Assembly: GCA_035248365.1 (NCBI GenBank)
Contig: DATFHN010000109.1
Span: 8,682 to 72,681 of the forward strand
From: Pseudonocardiaceae bacterium
GTDB lineage: Bacteria; Actinomycetota; Actinomycetes; Mycobacteriales; Pseudonocardiaceae
DNA length: 64,000 nucleotides
Direction of reading: 5' to 3'
This document shows, in pieces, positions 47,997 through 56,425 of this stretch. The translations under genes and the position numbers were made by a program. The notes under the pieces are model-generated. The model did not search any database. It saw only the letters and a list, made by a program, of their open reading frames with translations, and was not told the origin of the DNA. How positions within the stretch are numbered: the stretch's first letter is position 1; each line of letters opens with the position of its first letter.

Positions 47997-48152
47997 ATGG
48001 ACATCACCAGCATGGCACTGAGAGACATGCCCGACTGGGACGACGGACAATTCCCGGAAACCGACGAACTCCGCGTCCCGCTGACCACCTGGACCGACCC
48101 GGCCGCCCCCGTCGACGGCTCCGAACGGCACATCGTCCGCAGCATCGACTGA
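47997..48152 (+). CDS. Unannotated 51-aa acidic small protein (MDITSMALRDMPDWDDGQFPETDELRVPLTTWTDPAAPVDGSERHIVRSID)
   Basis: High GC3 codons; ATG 9 nt after GGGTAG (47982-47987); fills an otherwise empty intergenic gap. Confidence 0.65.
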   Translation: MDITSMALRDMPDWDDGQFPETDELRVPLTTWTDPAAPVDGSERHIVRSID

Positions 48153-48379
48153 AGACCGGCTGATTCACGCGCGTTCCCGGCGCGCTCCCAGACGATCCCC
48201 CGCAGTCACAACGGCACCCGGCCCCGCCATCCGGTAGGCGCCGCGCTGGCGAAACCGGACACCGGCGACGCCGTGGTACGCACGGCGCCGCCGGGCTCAT
48301 TGGCCGCCTCCGGCACGAAGCACGTCCCGGCCCACCCGGCCGGCAGGTTCGCCACCGGCCCCCGTCACCACCGCCTCGG

Positions 48380-49765
48380 TCATCCGGCCTGGCGGGCGAG
48401 TCGTTCGCCGCCGATCTCGCGCTCGATCTGCTCCAGCGACCGGTCCTTGGTTTCCGGTACGCGCCAGGCGAAGAACGCCACCGCGAGCACACCGAGCCCG
48501 CCGTAGATCCAGAACGTGGCGGGTTTGCCGACCGCGCCGATCAACTGCAGGAAGAAGTAGGAGACCAGGAAGTTCGCGATCCAGTTGGCCGCCGTGCACA
48601 CCGCCATCGCCTTGCTGCGCAGCGCCAGCGGGAAGATCTCCGAGATCATCAGCCAGAACACCGGGCCGAGCCCGATCGCGAACGAGGCTATGAACAGGAT
48701 CAGCGCGACCAGCGCCAGCCAGGGCGCGCCATGGGCGATCGCCGGCACCGCGAAGAACACCCCCAGCAGCGCCAGGGCCACCACCAGACCGATCGTGCCG
48801 GTGATCAGCAGCACCCGCCTGCCGACCCGGTCCAGCAGCAACACGGCCACCACCGTGAACACCACGTTGGTGATGCCGACGCTGATCGCCTCGGTGATCG
48901 CCCCGTTGGCGTGCAGGCCGGTGTAGGTGAGGATGGTCGGCGAGAAGTAGATGACCGTGTTCACGCCGACGAACTGCTGGAACACCGCCAGCGCAAGGCC
49001 GATGACCAGCAGCGGCCGCAGGTTCTTGCCCATGAAGTCGCGCACGCCGATCCGGCGTTCCTTGCGCACCACCGCTTTGATGCCGTCCAGCTCCTCGTCG
49101 ACCGCGTCGTCCGGCCTGCTTCTGGACAGCACCGCGCGGGCTTCCTCGCTGCGTCCGGCCTGCATCAGCCAGCGTGGCGTGTGCGGCACCAGCAGCATCC
49201 CGATCACCAGCGCGGCGCCGGGAACCGCGCCGAGCCCGAGCATCCAGCGCCAGTTGCCTGCGGCATCGCGGAAGCCGAAGTCGACCAGGTACGCGATCAG
49301 GATGCCCGTGGTGATCATGAGCTGGTTGAACGAGACCGTGCCGCCGCGGATTCTCGGCGGCGTGTGCTCGGCGATGTACATCGGCGCGACGAACGACGCC
49401 GTGCCGACCGCGAGGCCGAGCACGCTGCGCGCGATGATCAGCTCACCGACGTTCTGCGCGAACGCCGAACCGAGCGCCGCGACCGTGTAGACGATGCCGC
49501 TGACGAACTTCGTCCACTTCCGACTGATCGCGTCGGCGAGATACCCCGACCCGATCGCGCCGACGATCGCGCCGAGTAACAAACACCCGACGATCCAGGA
49601 CTGCGCGAGCGTGCCCGCGCCGAGGTCTTTCTGGATGTAGAGCTGGGCGCCGGAAATCACGCCGGTGTCGTAGCCGAACAGGAATCCGCCGATGGCCGCG
49701 ATCACCGAGATCCGGAGCACGAACGGATTGCGGCCGCTGACCGCCTCACGCAGAAACCCAGGCAT
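48380..49765 (-). CDS. MFS sugar porter (GalP/XylE family)
   Basis: 'GFLFGYDTGVISGA', 'QQFVGVN', 'DRVGRR', 'PETK'; GGTT-N16-GGGTAG promoter (49799-49824). Confidence 0.93.
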   Translation of the reverse strand: MPGFLREAVSGRNPFVLRISVIAAIGGFLFGYDTGVISGAQLYIQKDLGAGTLAQSWIVGCLLLGAIVGAIGSGYLADAISRKWTKFVSGIVYTVAALGSAFAQNVGELIIARSVLGLAVGTASFVAPMYIAEHTPPRIRGGTVSFNQLMITTGILIAYLVDFGFRDAAGNWRWMLGLGAVPGAALVIGMLLVPHTPRWLMQAGRSEEARAVLSRSRPDDAVDEELDGIKAVVRKERRIGVRDFMGKNLRPLLVIGLALAVFQQFVGVNTVIYFSPTILTYTGLHANGAITEAISVGITNVVFTVVAVLLLDRVGRRVLLITGTIGLVVALALLGVFFAVPAIAHGAPWLALVALILFIASFAIGLGPVFWLMISEIFPLALRSKAMAVCTAANWIANFLVSYFFLQLIGAVGKPATFWIYGGLGVLAVAFFAWRVPETKDRSLEQIEREIGGERLARQAG

Positions 49766-49827
49766 CGCCGCACCTTTCTTCGCTGTGTGGAGCAACGCCT
49801 ACCCGGAAAACCAGCCCCTCAACCGCC

Positions 49828-50679
49828 TTACGCTCCGTCCAGCAACGGCGATCCGGCCAGCAGGATCGTGGCGCCCACGACCAGCGCCGCGCCGAACACG
49901 TCGGCCGCGATCCAGCCGCTGACCCGCACGTGCTCGCCGAACACCGCGACACCCCAGCCGATCGCGACCAGCGGGTTGGTCAGCGTCAGCCCTGGTTGCG
50001 AGGCCACCAGCCGACCGGCCCGCAACGCCGACTGCAACAGAAAGAACCCGCTCGGACCGGCGACGAGGATCACGTAGGTCTGCCACGTCGTGAACACGGC
50101 GGCGAACCCACCGGCCCCGTACGCGGACGTCACCCCGGCGACCAGCGCGGCGGTGAATCCGAACGCGACCCCGGTCGCCACCCCGAGATAGGCGGCGCGA
50201 CCGGCCCGCCGGTGCCGACCGCCGATCGTCGCCAGCGCCAGTACAACCCCAACGGACACCGCGCATCCCAGGATCCAGGTGATCATCGGCGCGCGATGCG
50301 CCGATCCGTCCGATGGGGACAGACCAACCTGCAGCACCGCGACGCCCGCGCTCATGCCGGTGATCGCGAGCCATTCCCGCCCGCGCAACCGGTTGTGGAA
50401 CACCACGCTCGCGAGCAGCAACGTCAGCGGCAGCTCGACGATCAGAATCGGCTGCACCAGCACGATCGGCCCGGTGGCCAAGGCCCCGGCCTGCAGGAGA
50501 AAACCGGCCAGAATAGCGGCGACGCCGCCGAACCAGACCGGCTCGCGGATGAGCCCGAGAATCATCTTCGGTGACATCCCGACCGAGCGCGGCTGGCGCT
50601 GGGCGCCCTTGCGCTGCAACACCGACGCGGTCGCGTTGGCCGCGGCGGCGAGAACGGCGAGACCGACGCTGAGCAGCAC
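49828..50679 (-). CDS. DMT-superfamily membrane transporter
   Basis: About ten TMs; 'ALATGPIVLVQP', 'LVASQP'. Confidence 0.8.
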   Translation of the reverse strand: MLLSVGLAVLAAAANATASVLQRKGAQRQPRSVGMSPKMILGLIREPVWFGGVAAILAGFLLQAGALATGPIVLVQPILIVELPLTLLLASVVFHNRLRGREWLAITGMSAGVAVLQVGLSPSDGSAHRAPMITWILGCAVSVGVVLALATIGGRHRRAGRAAYLGVATGVAFGFTAALVAGVTSAYGAGGFAAVFTTWQTYVILVAGPSGFFLLQSALRAGRLVASQPGLTLTNPLVAIGWGVAVFGEHVRVSGWIAADVFGAALVVGATILLAGSPLLDGA

Positions 50680-50692
50680 CTTTGCGCAGCGT

Positions 50693-51172
50693 CTACTCGG
50701 CGCCGCGCGAATCCGGCTCGCGCACGTGGCTCAGCTCGCCCGCCCGCGGCGCCAGATCATCGTGCGCAGACGAATCCGATTCCCCCGCATGGCTCAGATC
50801 GCCGTGCTGTGGCGCGGAGTCATCGCTCGATGGCGAATCGGGCTCGCGGGCCTGGCGCAAATCGCCGGCTTGCGGCGCCAGATCATCGTCCGCAGGGGAA
50901 CCGCCCGGTGGCGAGTCCGGCTTGCGCGCGTGGCTCAGGTCGCCGGCTTGCGGCGCCAGATCATCGTCCGCAGGGGAACCGCCCGGTGGCGAGTCCAGCT
51001 TGCGCGCGTGGCTCAGGTCGCCGAGCCGCGGTTCCGGGTCGTCGTCGGCGGGCGGTTCGGGGTCACGCCATTCCTCGGCCCGGCTGGGCCGATTGCCCTG
51101 CAAGGTGCCGCGCAGTTCACGCACCATTTCGTCGTCCTTGCGCGGACCGTGGCGGTCGCTGTCGCGTTGCAT
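50693..51172 (-). CDS. Small acidic/Pro-rich repeat protein
   Basis: GAGGAGG RBS; GTAT-N16-GGATAT promoter; repeats of 'DDDLAPQAGDLSHARxPDS'. Confidence 0.7.
   Translation of the reverse strand: MQRDSDRHGPRKDDEMVRELRGTLQGNRPSRAEEWRDPEPPADDDPEPRLGDLSHARKLDSPPGGSPADDDLAPQAGDLSHARKPDSPPGGSPADDDLAPQAGDLRQAREPDSPSSDDSAPQHGDLSHAGESDSSAHDDLAPRAGELSHVREPDSRGAE
50862..51023. repeat. 78-bp in-frame tandem repeat (two near-perfect copies, degenerate shorter copies toward 50700)
   Basis: Units start at 50862 and 50940 and differ by one base (gagtccGgc vs gagtccAgc). Confidence 0.9.
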
Positions 51173-51174
51173 CG

Positions 51175-52944
51175 TCACCTCCTCGCTCTTCCCGACCCGG
51201 ATATCCGGGTCCGGCCCGGTTCATACACTTCGGTGACGCCCTGCCGGTCGAGGAACTCCAGCAGCGGCACCGCGACCCGCCGGGTGGTGCGCAGTGCCTG
51301 CCGGGCCTGACTGACGGTGAACGGTTGCTCGATGGCGGCCAGGATCTCCCCGGCCCGCTCGCCCGCGCCCGGCAGCAGCACGATTCCCTCGGCGACCTTC
51401 AGCAGCCGCCCGGCCCGGATCGCGGCTGCGAGTTCGGCTTTGCCAAGGCCGAGTTCGCGCAGGCGCGGCACGTCCGGCGCCACGAACGGCTGGTCGGCCA
51501 GTTCGTCGGCCAGCGCACCCAACGCGGCCTCGACCGCGTCCGGCAGCGTCACCCGGCGCACCACCCTCCCCTGTCCAACGCAAAGCCCCGCCGCTTCGAC
51601 CAGTTCCCCGGCCACCGCCGCATCCGGCAGCTCCAGCTCGGCGCACAACACCGCCAACGGCACCCCGTCATCCAGCGGATGCGCCCTGGACCACTCCCCC
51701 ACCACCTCCGGCACCCGTCGCACCAGACCGGACCACACCTCGGCCGCGACCCGATACCCCGCGCCGGTCGATTCGCCCACTACCGGCAACCCGAGCGGCG
51801 CGAACGCGTCCGAAGCCAGGAAACGCCGACGGCGCAACACATTCGCCGCGATCTGTTCGGGTGTCGCGTCCGCGAGGGCGGCCAATTCGGCGCCACGAGT
51901 CCGTGCCGCGCCCCGGCGGCGCAGTTCCGGCGGATCCGGATCGAGCACGTCGACCCTGGTCACGATCTGGTGCGCGCCCGGATCGCGCAGCAGCGCCCGA
52001 TCGCCGACCCGCAAGGGCAACGGCCTGGCCAGCCGCAACCGCGCGGACCCGGAACCAAGCGGCCGGGCCCGAACCCCGACCGCGGCCGAGCCGAGGTGCA
52101 GCACGGCCTCCGATGGCAACGAGTCCACGCCGACCACGACATCGACCTCGGCGCTGAGCCGCCACCGGCCAGGCGTCAGCAGCGCGTCACCGCGCCGGAT
52201 CGCCGATCTGGCCACCCCACGCAGGTTCGCCGCGACCCTGGCCACACCCGACGCCGAGTCAACCGCGCGTTCCAGCGATTCCAGGCCGCGCACCACAACC
52301 CGCTCCCCGCTGGAGGCGACGACCAACTCGTCCCCGACGCGCAGCGTGCCCGCGGTCAGCGTCCCGGTGACCACCGTGCCCGCGCCGGAAATGCTGAACG
52401 AGCGATCGATCCACCAGCGCACGTCGGCGGCCGGGTCGGCGGGCGGTATCCCGGCCAGCAGGCGCCGCAGGGCGGCGCGCAGGTCGTCGAGCCCGGCGCC
52501 GGTCCGGCCGTTCACCGCGACCGCGTCCACCTCGCCAAGTCGGGTCTCGGCCAGCCGGGCTCGCGCGTTGGCCAGCGCTGGCGCGGGATCGGCGAGGTCG
52601 GCGCGGGTCACCGCGAGCAACGCGTGCCGCACGCCGAGCGCGTCCAGCGCGGCCAGGTGTTCGGCCGACTGCGGCATCCAGCCGCCATCGGCCGCGACCA
52701 CGAACAACACGGCGGGCGCCGGTCCGGCCCCGGCCAGCATGGTGGACACGAACCGTTCGTGGCCCGGCACGTCCACGAACGCGACCTCGCCCAACCCGGG
52801 CAACGTCGTCCAGGCGAAACCGAGCCCGATGCTCAGCCCTCTGCGCCGTTCCTCGGCCCAGCGGTCCGGTTCCATCCCGGTCAGCGCCCTGATCAGCGTC
52901 GACTTCCCGTGATCGACGTGCCCGGCGGTGGCGACGACGTGCAT
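51175..52944 (-). CDS. selB: Selenocysteine-specific elongation factor SelB
   Basis: 'TAGHVDHGKS', 'DVPGHERF', C-terminal WH4 'TTRRVAVPLLEFLD'. Confidence 0.95.
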   Translation of the reverse strand: MHVVATAGHVDHGKSTLIRALTGMEPDRWAEERRRGLSIGLGFAWTTLPGLGEVAFVDVPGHERFVSTMLAGAGPAPAVLFVVAADGGWMPQSAEHLAALDALGVRHALLAVTRADLADPAPALANARARLAETRLGEVDAVAVNGRTGAGLDDLRAALRRLLAGIPPADPAADVRWWIDRSFSISGAGTVVTGTLTAGTLRVGDELVVASSGERVVVRGLESLERAVDSASGVARVAANLRGVARSAIRRGDALLTPGRWRLSAEVDVVVGVDSLPSEAVLHLGSAAVGVRARPLGSGSARLRLARPLPLRVGDRALLRDPGAHQIVTRVDVLDPDPPELRRRGAARTRGAELAALADATPEQIAANVLRRRRFLASDAFAPLGLPVVGESTGAGYRVAAEVWSGLVRRVPEVVGEWSRAHPLDDGVPLAVLCAELELPDAAVAGELVEAAGLCVGQGRVVRRVTLPDAVEAALGALADELADQPFVAPDVPRLRELGLGKAELAAAIRAGRLLKVAEGIVLLPGAGERAGEILAAIEQPFTVSQARQALRTTRRVAVPLLEFLDRQGVTEVYEPGRTRISGSGRARR

Positions 52945-54245
52945 CAGCGGACCGCCAGCACAGCGTCGATCAGCGCGGGCAGGTCCTCGGGCGGCACGGT
53001 GCGCAGGTCGAGCAGGCACCGCCCGGCCTCGACCCGCCCCACCACCGGCATCGAGCCGCACCGCAACGCTTCGGCATACCGGCCCGGCAGGCTGACCGCC
53101 GCGCTGGCCAACTCCACCCCCGGCGCTCCCCCACCGCCGATGACCGACACCGACCGCACCGCGCGCGCGTCGACGCCGCGTTCGGTCAAGGTTCCGGCGA
53201 TGGCCGCCGCCGACTGGACCAGTCCCCGTTCGGACCGGGAAAGTGCTTGCCGCACCGGCGGTTCCGGCCCGCGCAACGTCGCTTCCAGCGCGGCCAGCGT
53301 CAGTTTGTCCACCCGCAACGCGCGGGCCGATGGATGCCGCCGCAGCCGTCGCACCAGGTCGGCCCGCCCGAGCAGCAGCCCGGCCTGCGGGCCGCCGAGC
53401 AGTTTGTCGCCGCTCGCGGTCACCAGCGCGGCGCCCGCCCGCAGCACGCTGGCCGCGTCCGGTTCGTCCGGCAGCAGCGGATGCGGCGCCAGCAGACCGG
53501 ACCCGATGTCGGCGACGACCGGGACGCCGAGCCCGGCCAGTTCGGCGATCGGCACCTCGGCCGTGAAGCCGGTGACCTGGAAGTTCGACGGGTGCACCTT
53601 GAGCACGAACGCGGTGTCCGGGCCGATCGCGTCCGCGTAGTCGGCGAGGTGCGTCCGGTTCGTCGTACCCACCTCCCGCAGCCGCGCCCCGCCCGAGGTC
53701 AGCAGCTCGGGGATGCGGAAGCCGTCGCCGATCTCGACGAGTTCTCCCCTGCTGACCACGATTTCCCGGCCCGCGGCCAGGGCCAGCGCGCACAGCAGCA
53801 ACGCGGCGGCGTTGTTGTTGACCACGTGCACGGCCTCCGCGTCCGGCACGGCGGCCGCCAGCGCGCCCAGCGCACCGGTTCCGCGCCGCGCCCGTTGGCC
53901 GGTCGCCAGGTCGAATTCGACGTCCGTGCAACCGGAGGCGGCGACGAGCGCGCCGCACGCGGCGGGCGAGAGCGGCGCGCGGCCGAGGTTGGTGTGCACG
54001 ATCACGCCGGTCGCGTTGAGCACCGGACGCAACTCGGTCAGCGGCCGATCGAGTTGCGCCAGCGCCGTGTCCAGCACGTCTTCCGGCGCGATTTCCTGCT
54101 GGCGGGCCCGGTTCTGCGCGGCCACGATCGCCGCCTTCACCCGCTCCCGGCCGATCCGCTCGATCGCGGCGAGCGTGCGGGGGTCGTCGAGCAGCGTGCC
54201 GGTGCCGGGTATGCGGCGCCGACTGTCCTGATCGGAGGGTGTCAT
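52944..54245 (-). CDS. selA: L-seryl-tRNA(Sec) selenium transferase
   Basis: 'VLNATGVIVHTNLGRA', 'VNNNAAA', 'GELVEIG..FRIP', 'SGDKLLGGPQAG'. Confidence 0.96.
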   Translation of the reverse strand: MTPSDQDSRRRIPGTGTLLDDPRTLAAIERIGRERVKAAIVAAQNRARQQEIAPEDVLDTALAQLDRPLTELRPVLNATGVIVHTNLGRAPLSPAACGALVAASGCTDVEFDLATGQRARRGTGALGALAAAVPDAEAVHVVNNNAAALLLCALALAAGREIVVSRGELVEIGDGFRIPELLTSGGARLREVGTTNRTHLADYADAIGPDTAFVLKVHPSNFQVTGFTAEVPIAELAGLGVPVVADIGSGLLAPHPLLPDEPDAASVLRAGAALVTASGDKLLGGPQAGLLLGRADLVRRLRRHPSARALRVDKLTLAALEATLRGPEPPVRQALSRSERGLVQSAAAIAGTLTERGVDARAVRSVSVIGGGGAPGVELASAAVSLPGRYAEALRCGSMPVVGRVEAGRCLLDLRTVPPEDLPALIDAVLAVR

Positions 54246-54254
54246 GGGTTGCCT

Positions 54255-54349
54255 TGGCGGAGGCGGACGGGAATCGAACCCGCCAACGACAGTTCCTGCC
54301 GTTCAACGGTTTTGAAGACCGCGCCGGCCACCAGGCCGGATACGCCTCC
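54255..54349 (-). tRNA. selC: tRNA-Sec (UCA)
   Basis: 95 nt; D-stem CCGGCC/GGCCGG with UGGU loop; anticodon loop CUUCAAA; long variable arm; GGUUCGAUUCC; encoded GCCA end. Confidence 0.95.
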
Positions 54350-54394
54350 CTGACCCGGGTGCGAACCGGCCGCGCAGGGCGCACCATGGAACCC

Positions 54395-55393
54395 ATGCGA
54401 CCGACCACCCGACTGACCCAGTACGCGCACGGCGGCGGCTGTGCCTGCAAGATTCCGCCGGGCGAACTGGACGAGATCCTGGCCAAGCTGGCGGGCCAGC
54501 AGCCGGCCAATCCGGCCGGTGAGCTGCTGGTCGGCCTCGATCACGGCGACGACGCGGCCGCCGTGCGGATCGCCGGTGACCTGGCCATGATCGTCACCAC
54601 CGACTTCTTCACCCCGGTCGTCGACGATCCCTATGACTGGGGCCGGATCGCGGCGGCCAACGCACTGTCCGATGTGTACGCCATGGGCGGCAGGCCGGTG
54701 GTCGCGGTGAACCTGCTCGGCTGGCCGAGGGACGTGCTTTCGTTCGACCTCGCCGCCGAGGTGCTGCGCGGCGGCCTCGACGTCACCACCTCGGCGGGTG
54801 CGCACCTGGCCGGCGGGCACAGCGTGGACGACCCGGAACCCAAGTACGGCCTGGCCGTCACCGGCATCGGCGATCCCGCGCACCTGCTGCGCGGCGACAC
54901 CGGCCTGGCCGGAATGCCGCTGTCGCTGACCAAACCGCTGGGCATCGGCGTGCTGAACAGCCGCCACAAGGCGACCGGCGAGGTGTTCCCGCAGGCGATC
55001 GAGGCCATGACCACGCTCAACGAGCGCGCCTGCTCGGCCGCGCTGGACGCGGGCGTGCAGTGCGCGACCGACGTGACCGGCTTCGGTCTGCTCGGCCACG
55101 CCTACAAGATCGCCCGCGCCAGTCATGTCACGGTCGCCATCGACGCGGCGGCCGTGCCATACCTGGACGGCGCCCGCGAAGCGTTGCGGGACGGCTTCGT
55201 CAGCGGTGGCACCCGGCGCAACCTGGACTGGGTGCGGCCGCACAGCGACCTGTCCGCCGTCGACGAGGACGAGGCGCTGCTGCTGGCCGACGCGCAGACC
55301 TCCGGCGGGCTGCTGCTGGCCGGAGAGATCGAGGGCGCGCCGATCATCGGCGAACTCCTCCCGCGCGGCGACACAGCGCTGATCGTGCGCTGA
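54395..55393 (+). CDS. selD: Selenide, water dikinase (Cys form)
   Basis: 'GGCACKI', 'TTDFFTP', 'ANALSDVYAMG', 'DVTGFGLLGH', 'DAQTSGGLL'; start 54395 or 54386. Confidence 0.95.
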   Translation: MRPTTRLTQYAHGGGCACKIPPGELDEILAKLAGQQPANPAGELLVGLDHGDDAAAVRIAGDLAMIVTTDFFTPVVDDPYDWGRIAAANALSDVYAMGGRPVVAVNLLGWPRDVLSFDLAAEVLRGGLDVTTSAGAHLAGGHSVDDPEPKYGLAVTGIGDPAHLLRGDTGLAGMPLSLTKPLGIGVLNSRHKATGEVFPQAIEAMTTLNERACSAALDAGVQCATDVTGFGLLGHAYKIARASHVTVAIDAAAVPYLDGAREALRDGFVSGGTRRNLDWVRPHSDLSAVDEDEALLLADAQTSGGLLLAGEIEGAPIIGELLPRGDTALIVR

Positions 55394-55399
55394 TCCACA

Positions 55400-56296
55400 T
55401 CAGACGATCGACGATCCGCCGGTCACCGCGATCACCTCGCCGGTGACGTAACTCGACTCGGGCGAAGCCAGGAACACGAAGGCGGGCGCCAGTTCGGCGG
55501 GCTGCGCGGGCCGCCCGATCGGCGCCTGCGCACCGAAGGACTCCACCTTCTCCTTCGGCATGGTCGCCGGGATCAGCGGTGTCCACACCGGACCCGGCGC
55601 GACCGAGTTGACCCGGATTCCCTTGTCGATCAGGTCGCTCGCGAGCGCCTTGGTCAGGTTGACGATCGCGCCCTTGGACGTGGCGTAGTCAAGCAGGTGC
55701 GGCGACGGATCGAAACCCTGAATGGACGAGGTGGTGATCACCGAGGCGCCCGGTGGCAGGTGCGGCAACGCCGCGCGGCACAGCCAGTACAGCGCGTAGA
55801 CGTTGGTACGGAGGGTGTGGTCGAACTGGTCCGGCTCGATCCCGGTCAGGCCATCGGACTTCGACATCTGATAGGCGGCGTTGCTGACCAGCACGTCGAT
55901 CCGGCCGAACTTTCGCGCGGTCTGCTCGACCACCTGCTCGCAGCCGGACCGCTCGCTCAGGTCGGCGGCCAGCACGAGCGCCTGCCGTCCCTCGGTCCGC
56001 ACGTATTCGGCGGTCGTGTTGGCGTCGTCCTCCTCGGCGGCGAGGCAGGTGAGCGCCACGTCGGCGCCCTCGCGGGCGAAGGCGAGCGCGATCGCCCTGC
56101 CGATGCCGGAATCGCCGCCGGTGACCAACGCGACCGCGCCGTCGAGTTTGCCGCTGCCGCGATAACTCAGTTCGCCGTGATCGGGCGGCGGATCAAGCTC
56201 CGGGGTGCGCCCCGGATGCTCGACCTGCTGCCCGCCCTGCTCAGGGCCGGGAAAGCGGGTGCGCGGATCGGGTCGTCCATCGGTAGGTGCGAGCAT
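55400..56296 (-). CDS. SDR oxidoreductase (YghA/YdaD general-stress type)
   Basis: 'PDHGELSYRGSGKL', 'TGGDSGIG', 'YATSK'; GTAT-N15-GGGTAT-N9-ATG promoter (56306-56330). Confidence 0.92.
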   Translation of the reverse strand: MLAPTDGRPDPRTRFPGPEQGGQQVEHPGRTPELDPPPDHGELSYRGSGKLDGAVALVTGGDSGIGRAIALAFAREGADVALTCLAAEEDDANTTAEYVRTEGRQALVLAADLSERSGCEQVVEQTARKFGRIDVLVSNAAYQMSKSDGLTGIEPDQFDHTLRTNVYALYWLCRAALPHLPPGASVITTSSIQGFDPSPHLLDYATSKGAIVNLTKALASDLIDKGIRVNSVAPGPVWTPLIPATMPKEKVESFGAQAPIGRPAQPAELAPAFVFLASPESSYVTGEVIAVTGGSSIV

Positions 56297-56361
56297 GCCG
56301 TCCGCATACCCCGGGCCGGACCGTTGATACGGGCCCAGCGACCGGCCGGATCGTCCCGCCG

Positions 56362-56388
56362 CGATGAGTTTCGGCCCCGTCGCCGGTC
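56362..56388 (+). promoter_or_regulatory. ECF (mycobacterial SigG-like) promoter
   Basis: CGATGA-N18-GTC upstream of the DUF899 gene. Confidence 0.5.
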
Positions 56389-56425
56389 TGACCTGGTGAC
56401 CGCACACAACCGCAGAGGAGACGCC

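Noticed and set aside
50700-51023. Repeats as a CRISPR array
   Set aside because: Contiguous in-frame coding repeats with no unique spacers and no cas genes
54395-54480. SelD as a second selenoprotein
   Set aside because: The active site reads GGCACK with Cys codons; I saw no other UGA+SECIS candidate
16300-56400. Island as a mobile element
   Set aside because: No integrase, transposase or att duplication of the tRNA-Sec 3' end was seen, and GC/codon usage look like the flanks
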